Below are positions 62,096 to 64,000 of a DNA stretch of 64,000 nucleotides, piece after piece. Every line of letters starts with the position of its first letter. Positions within the stretch are counted from its first letter, which is position 1. The position numbers and the translations under genes were made by a program. A model generated the notes under the pieces. The model saw only the letters and a list, made by a program, of their open reading frames with translations, was not told where the DNA came from and made no database searches. This stretch comes from an uncultured Bacteroidia bacterium. GTDB lineage: Bacteria; Bacteroidota; Bacteroidia; NS11-12g; UBA9320. The stretch is from the NCBI GenBank assembly GCA_943787465.1, contig CALSMN010000007.1:58004-122003 (forward strand), given 5' to 3'.

Positions 62096-62754
62096 TTATT
62101 AAAAACAAATTGAATAATATTTGCCCCCATTTGTAAAGCTTGCAATCGTTTTTCAGGACTATCATTATGAATTCCTACATCTTCCCATCCGTTACCTAAA
62201 TCACACTCATAATCATAAAAGCAAACCAATTTTCCCTCATAATACAACCCGAAACCTTGAGCAGGTTTGCCATCATGTTCATGAATTTTTGGTAAACCTT
62301 GATTAAAATTAAAAGGCTGTTTATAAAGGGGGTGATCAAATGGTAATTCAACAAATTCTAAAGTTGGAAATACTTTTTTCATTTCCAATCGAATAAACTT
62401 GTCCAATCCATAATTATCATCAATATGTAGAAACCCTCCTGCTTTTAGATAATTCCTTAAATTAGTCGCTTCTGAAGGACTAAAAACTACATTTCCGTGA
62501 CCAGTCATATAAACATATGGGTAATTAAAAATTGCTTTGTCGCCAATTTCCACAACCTCATCCTCCGGATTTATGGTGGTCCCTAATGAAGCATTACAAA
62601 AACGAATAAGATTAGATAATGCAGACCTATTTGCGTACCAGTCACCTCCACCTCCATATTTTAGTTTGGCAATTTTAAGTCCTGAGTCGGAGGTAAAAGA
62701 AGTTGTTGTCAACAAAATGGCAAACATGATACTGTATGTTTTTATGAGCCGCAT
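62092..62754 (-). CDS. DUF4159-domain protein (secreted)
   Basis: LKIAKLKYGGGGDWYAN matches the DUF4159 signature. The ATG at 62754 is preferred because it avoids overlap with the rsmE stop. Confidence 0.5.
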   Translation of the reverse strand: MRLIKTYSIMFAILLTTTSFTSDSGLKIAKLKYGGGGDWYANRSALSNLIRFCNASLGTTINPEDEVVEIGDKAIFNYPYVYMTGHGNVVFSPSEATNLRNYLKAGGFLHIDDNYGLDKFIRLEMKKVFPTLEFVELPFDHPLYKQPFNFNQGLPKIHEHDGKPAQGFGLYYEGKLVCFYDYECDLGNGWEDVGIHNDSPEKRLQALQMGANIIQFVFNN

Positions 62755-62764
62755 GAATCGTTTC

Positions 62765-63442
62765 CTATTGAAATTTTGCAACCGCTACAATTGCAGCGGT
62801 TTCAGTTCTTAGTCGATGTGCACCCAAATTCAAACTTATGAAATTATGATTTAGGGCTAATTTAACTTCTTGTTCTGTGAAATCTCCCTCTGGACCGATT
62901 AGGATTAATGTATTACCAGATGAGATAGGCATTTGTTTATTCCCCTCAAATTCTGAATGACAATGAGCAATGAATTTATTGAAATAATCTTGTTTTATGA
63001 GGTCTTCAAATTCCATTTCTTTGATAGGTGGGATGTAAAATCGAAGACTTTGCTTGACCGCTGAAATAGCCTTCTTTTCAAGTCTTTCATAGTTTGTTCG
63101 ATTTCGTTCGGTATTCGTGGTCTGTAGAAGAATAATACTAGACACTCCTATTTCTACTAACTTTTCGATCATCCATTCCAAACGGTCTCTATTTTTGGTT
63201 GGAGCCACAGCAATGGTTATTTGCTCTGTTTGTGCATAAAATTGACATTGAATGATCGTGCATAAGACCGTTCGTCTACTCATCTGGTCTATTCCACATT
63301 TATAGATATTTCCTTTTCCATCAATCACCTGGATGATATCACCCACTTTCTTCCTCAAAACTAGTGCACAATGAACCGCTTCTTGATCGACAAGGGATAG
63401 TGTTTTATCATGAATTGATGTTGTAAAGAAAATAGTATTCAA
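62765..63442 (-). CDS. rsmE: 16S rRNA (uracil1498-N3)-methyltransferase RsmE
   Basis: 225 aa. N-terminal PUA-like region, then a SPOUT fold with GPEGDFTEQE and a C-terminal trefoil-knot region. Confidence 0.8.
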   Translation of the reverse strand: MNTIFFTTSIHDKTLSLVDQEAVHCALVLRKKVGDIIQVIDGKGNIYKCGIDQMSRRTVLCTIIQCQFYAQTEQITIAVAPTKNRDRLEWMIEKLVEIGVSSIILLQTTNTERNRTNYERLEKKAISAVKQSLRFYIPPIKEMEFEDLIKQDYFNKFIAHCHSEFEGNKQMPISSGNTLILIGPEGDFTEQEVKLALNHNFISLNLGAHRLRTETAAIVAVAKFQ

Positions 63443-63461
63443 TTGCTTCAGGAATATTGCA

Positions 63462-64000
63462 TTAATCCAACGCTTTAAGTTCTTCTACCAATTCTGTCAA
63501 TACTTTTTTCGCATCACCAAAAAGCATACTCGTTTTATCTCTAAAAAACAGCTCATTCTGAATCCCCGCATATCCAGCATTCATACTTCGTTTATTCACT
63601 ACTACATGTTTTGCATTTTCTACTTCAAGAATAGGCATACCAAAGATGGGACTTGATGGGTCTGTTTTTGCTGCAGGATTTACAACATCATTCGCTCCCA
63701 CGACAAGTACAAGATCAGTTTGTGAGAATTCTGGATTCACATCTTCCATTTCTTTAAGCTTGTCGTAATCTACATTACTCTCTGCCAAAAGAACATTCAT
63801 ATGTCCGGGCATTCTTCCCGCTACCGGATGTATTGCATACGCTACTTCAACACCTCTATCCTCCAATATTTGTTCTAATTCTTTTATAATATGCTGAGCC
63901 TGAGCAACTGCCAATCCATAGCCTGGAACTATAAGTATTTTATTACTATAATTCATCTGAACAGCCAAATCACTTGGGCCAACTTCTTTAACCGTTCCTT
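63462..64000 (-). CDS. pntB: NAD(P) transhydrogenase subunit beta, C-terminal NADP(H)-binding domain (5' part beyond window)
   Basis: ILIVPGYGLAVAQAQH and LVLVVGANDVVNPAA are hallmark PntB dIII motifs. The ORF stays open to the window edge. Confidence 0.8.
   Translation of the reverse strand, partial: GTVKEVGPSDLAVQMNYSNKILIVPGYGLAVAQAQHIIKELEQILEDRGVEVAYAIHPVAGRMPGHMNVLLAESNVDYDKLKEMEDVNPEFSQTDLVLVVGANDVVNPAAKTDPSSPIFGMPILEVENAKHVVVNKRSMNAGYAGIQNELFFRDKTSMLFGDAKKVLTELVEELKALD

Noticed and set aside
1-64000. CRISPR arrays, IS elements, prophage genes
   Set aside because: I found no direct-repeat/spacer periodicity and no transposase, integrase or phage-structural ORFs in any frame.

Overview
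This 64 kb window looks like core chromosome from an AT-rich Bacteroidota genome (Flavobacteriia/Cytophagia-like) and is almost entirely coding. I found no transposase, integrase, CRISPR array or rRNA.

Genes I recognise, in window order:
- Start of window: a 5'-truncated pcm, an Amidase_3 peptidoglycan amidase, mscL, lepA, an H+-pyrophosphatase, and two L,D-transpeptidase-family proteins.
- An ECF sigma / anti-sigma / outer-membrane beta-barrel cassette (minus strand).
- A tightly packed run of a SAM-dependent methyltransferase, a PAP2 phosphatase and a Pif1/RecD-like helicase.
- A DUF2130-like coiled-coil protein with a PD-(D/E)xK nuclease motif.
- A ZIP metal transporter and an S1/P1 nuclease.
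- A fused B12-dependent mutase (IcmF-like) that is split by a frameshift.
- nupC, a class-IV aminotransferase, ahcY and a bacilliredoxin-like CGC protein.
- A type IX secretion (T9SS) locus: PorP/SprF plus a GldJ/K-family lipoprotein on the minus strand, divergent from porU-porV on the plus strand.
- The rod-shape operon mreB-mreC-mreD-mrdA-rodA, with a translationally coupled MBL-fold hydrolase downstream.
- A LexA-like HTH-S24 repressor, HtrA, a second ECF sigma/anti-sigma pair and dapF.
- An orphan ABC permease followed by a Wzy/Wzz/Wzx polysaccharide cluster and an MFS transporter.
- tig-clpP-clpX, tRNA-Leu(TAG), a BNR-repeat T9SS cargo protein, holA, a small HsdR_N-domain protein, an NhaD-like transporter, a GT2 glycosyltransferase, a TPR protein, a queuosine-precursor transporter (YhhQ), a DUF4159 protein, rsmE and a 5'-truncated pntB.

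Observations worth a second look:
- Two genes are interrupted by single-base frameshifts at homopolymer/AT runs (the IcmF-like mutase and the anti-sigma factor).
- An orphan T9SS type-B C-terminal sorting domain remnant sits upstream of the DUF2130-like gene.
- There are two exact short DNA repeats: a 19-mer spanning the start codons of the ZIP transporter and porU, and an 18-19-mer at 15002 and 44534.
- The DUF2130-like zinc-ribbon/coiled-coil/PD-(D/E)xK protein is the best candidate for an uncharacterised DNA-processing module. I cannot show from sequence alone that it forms a system.
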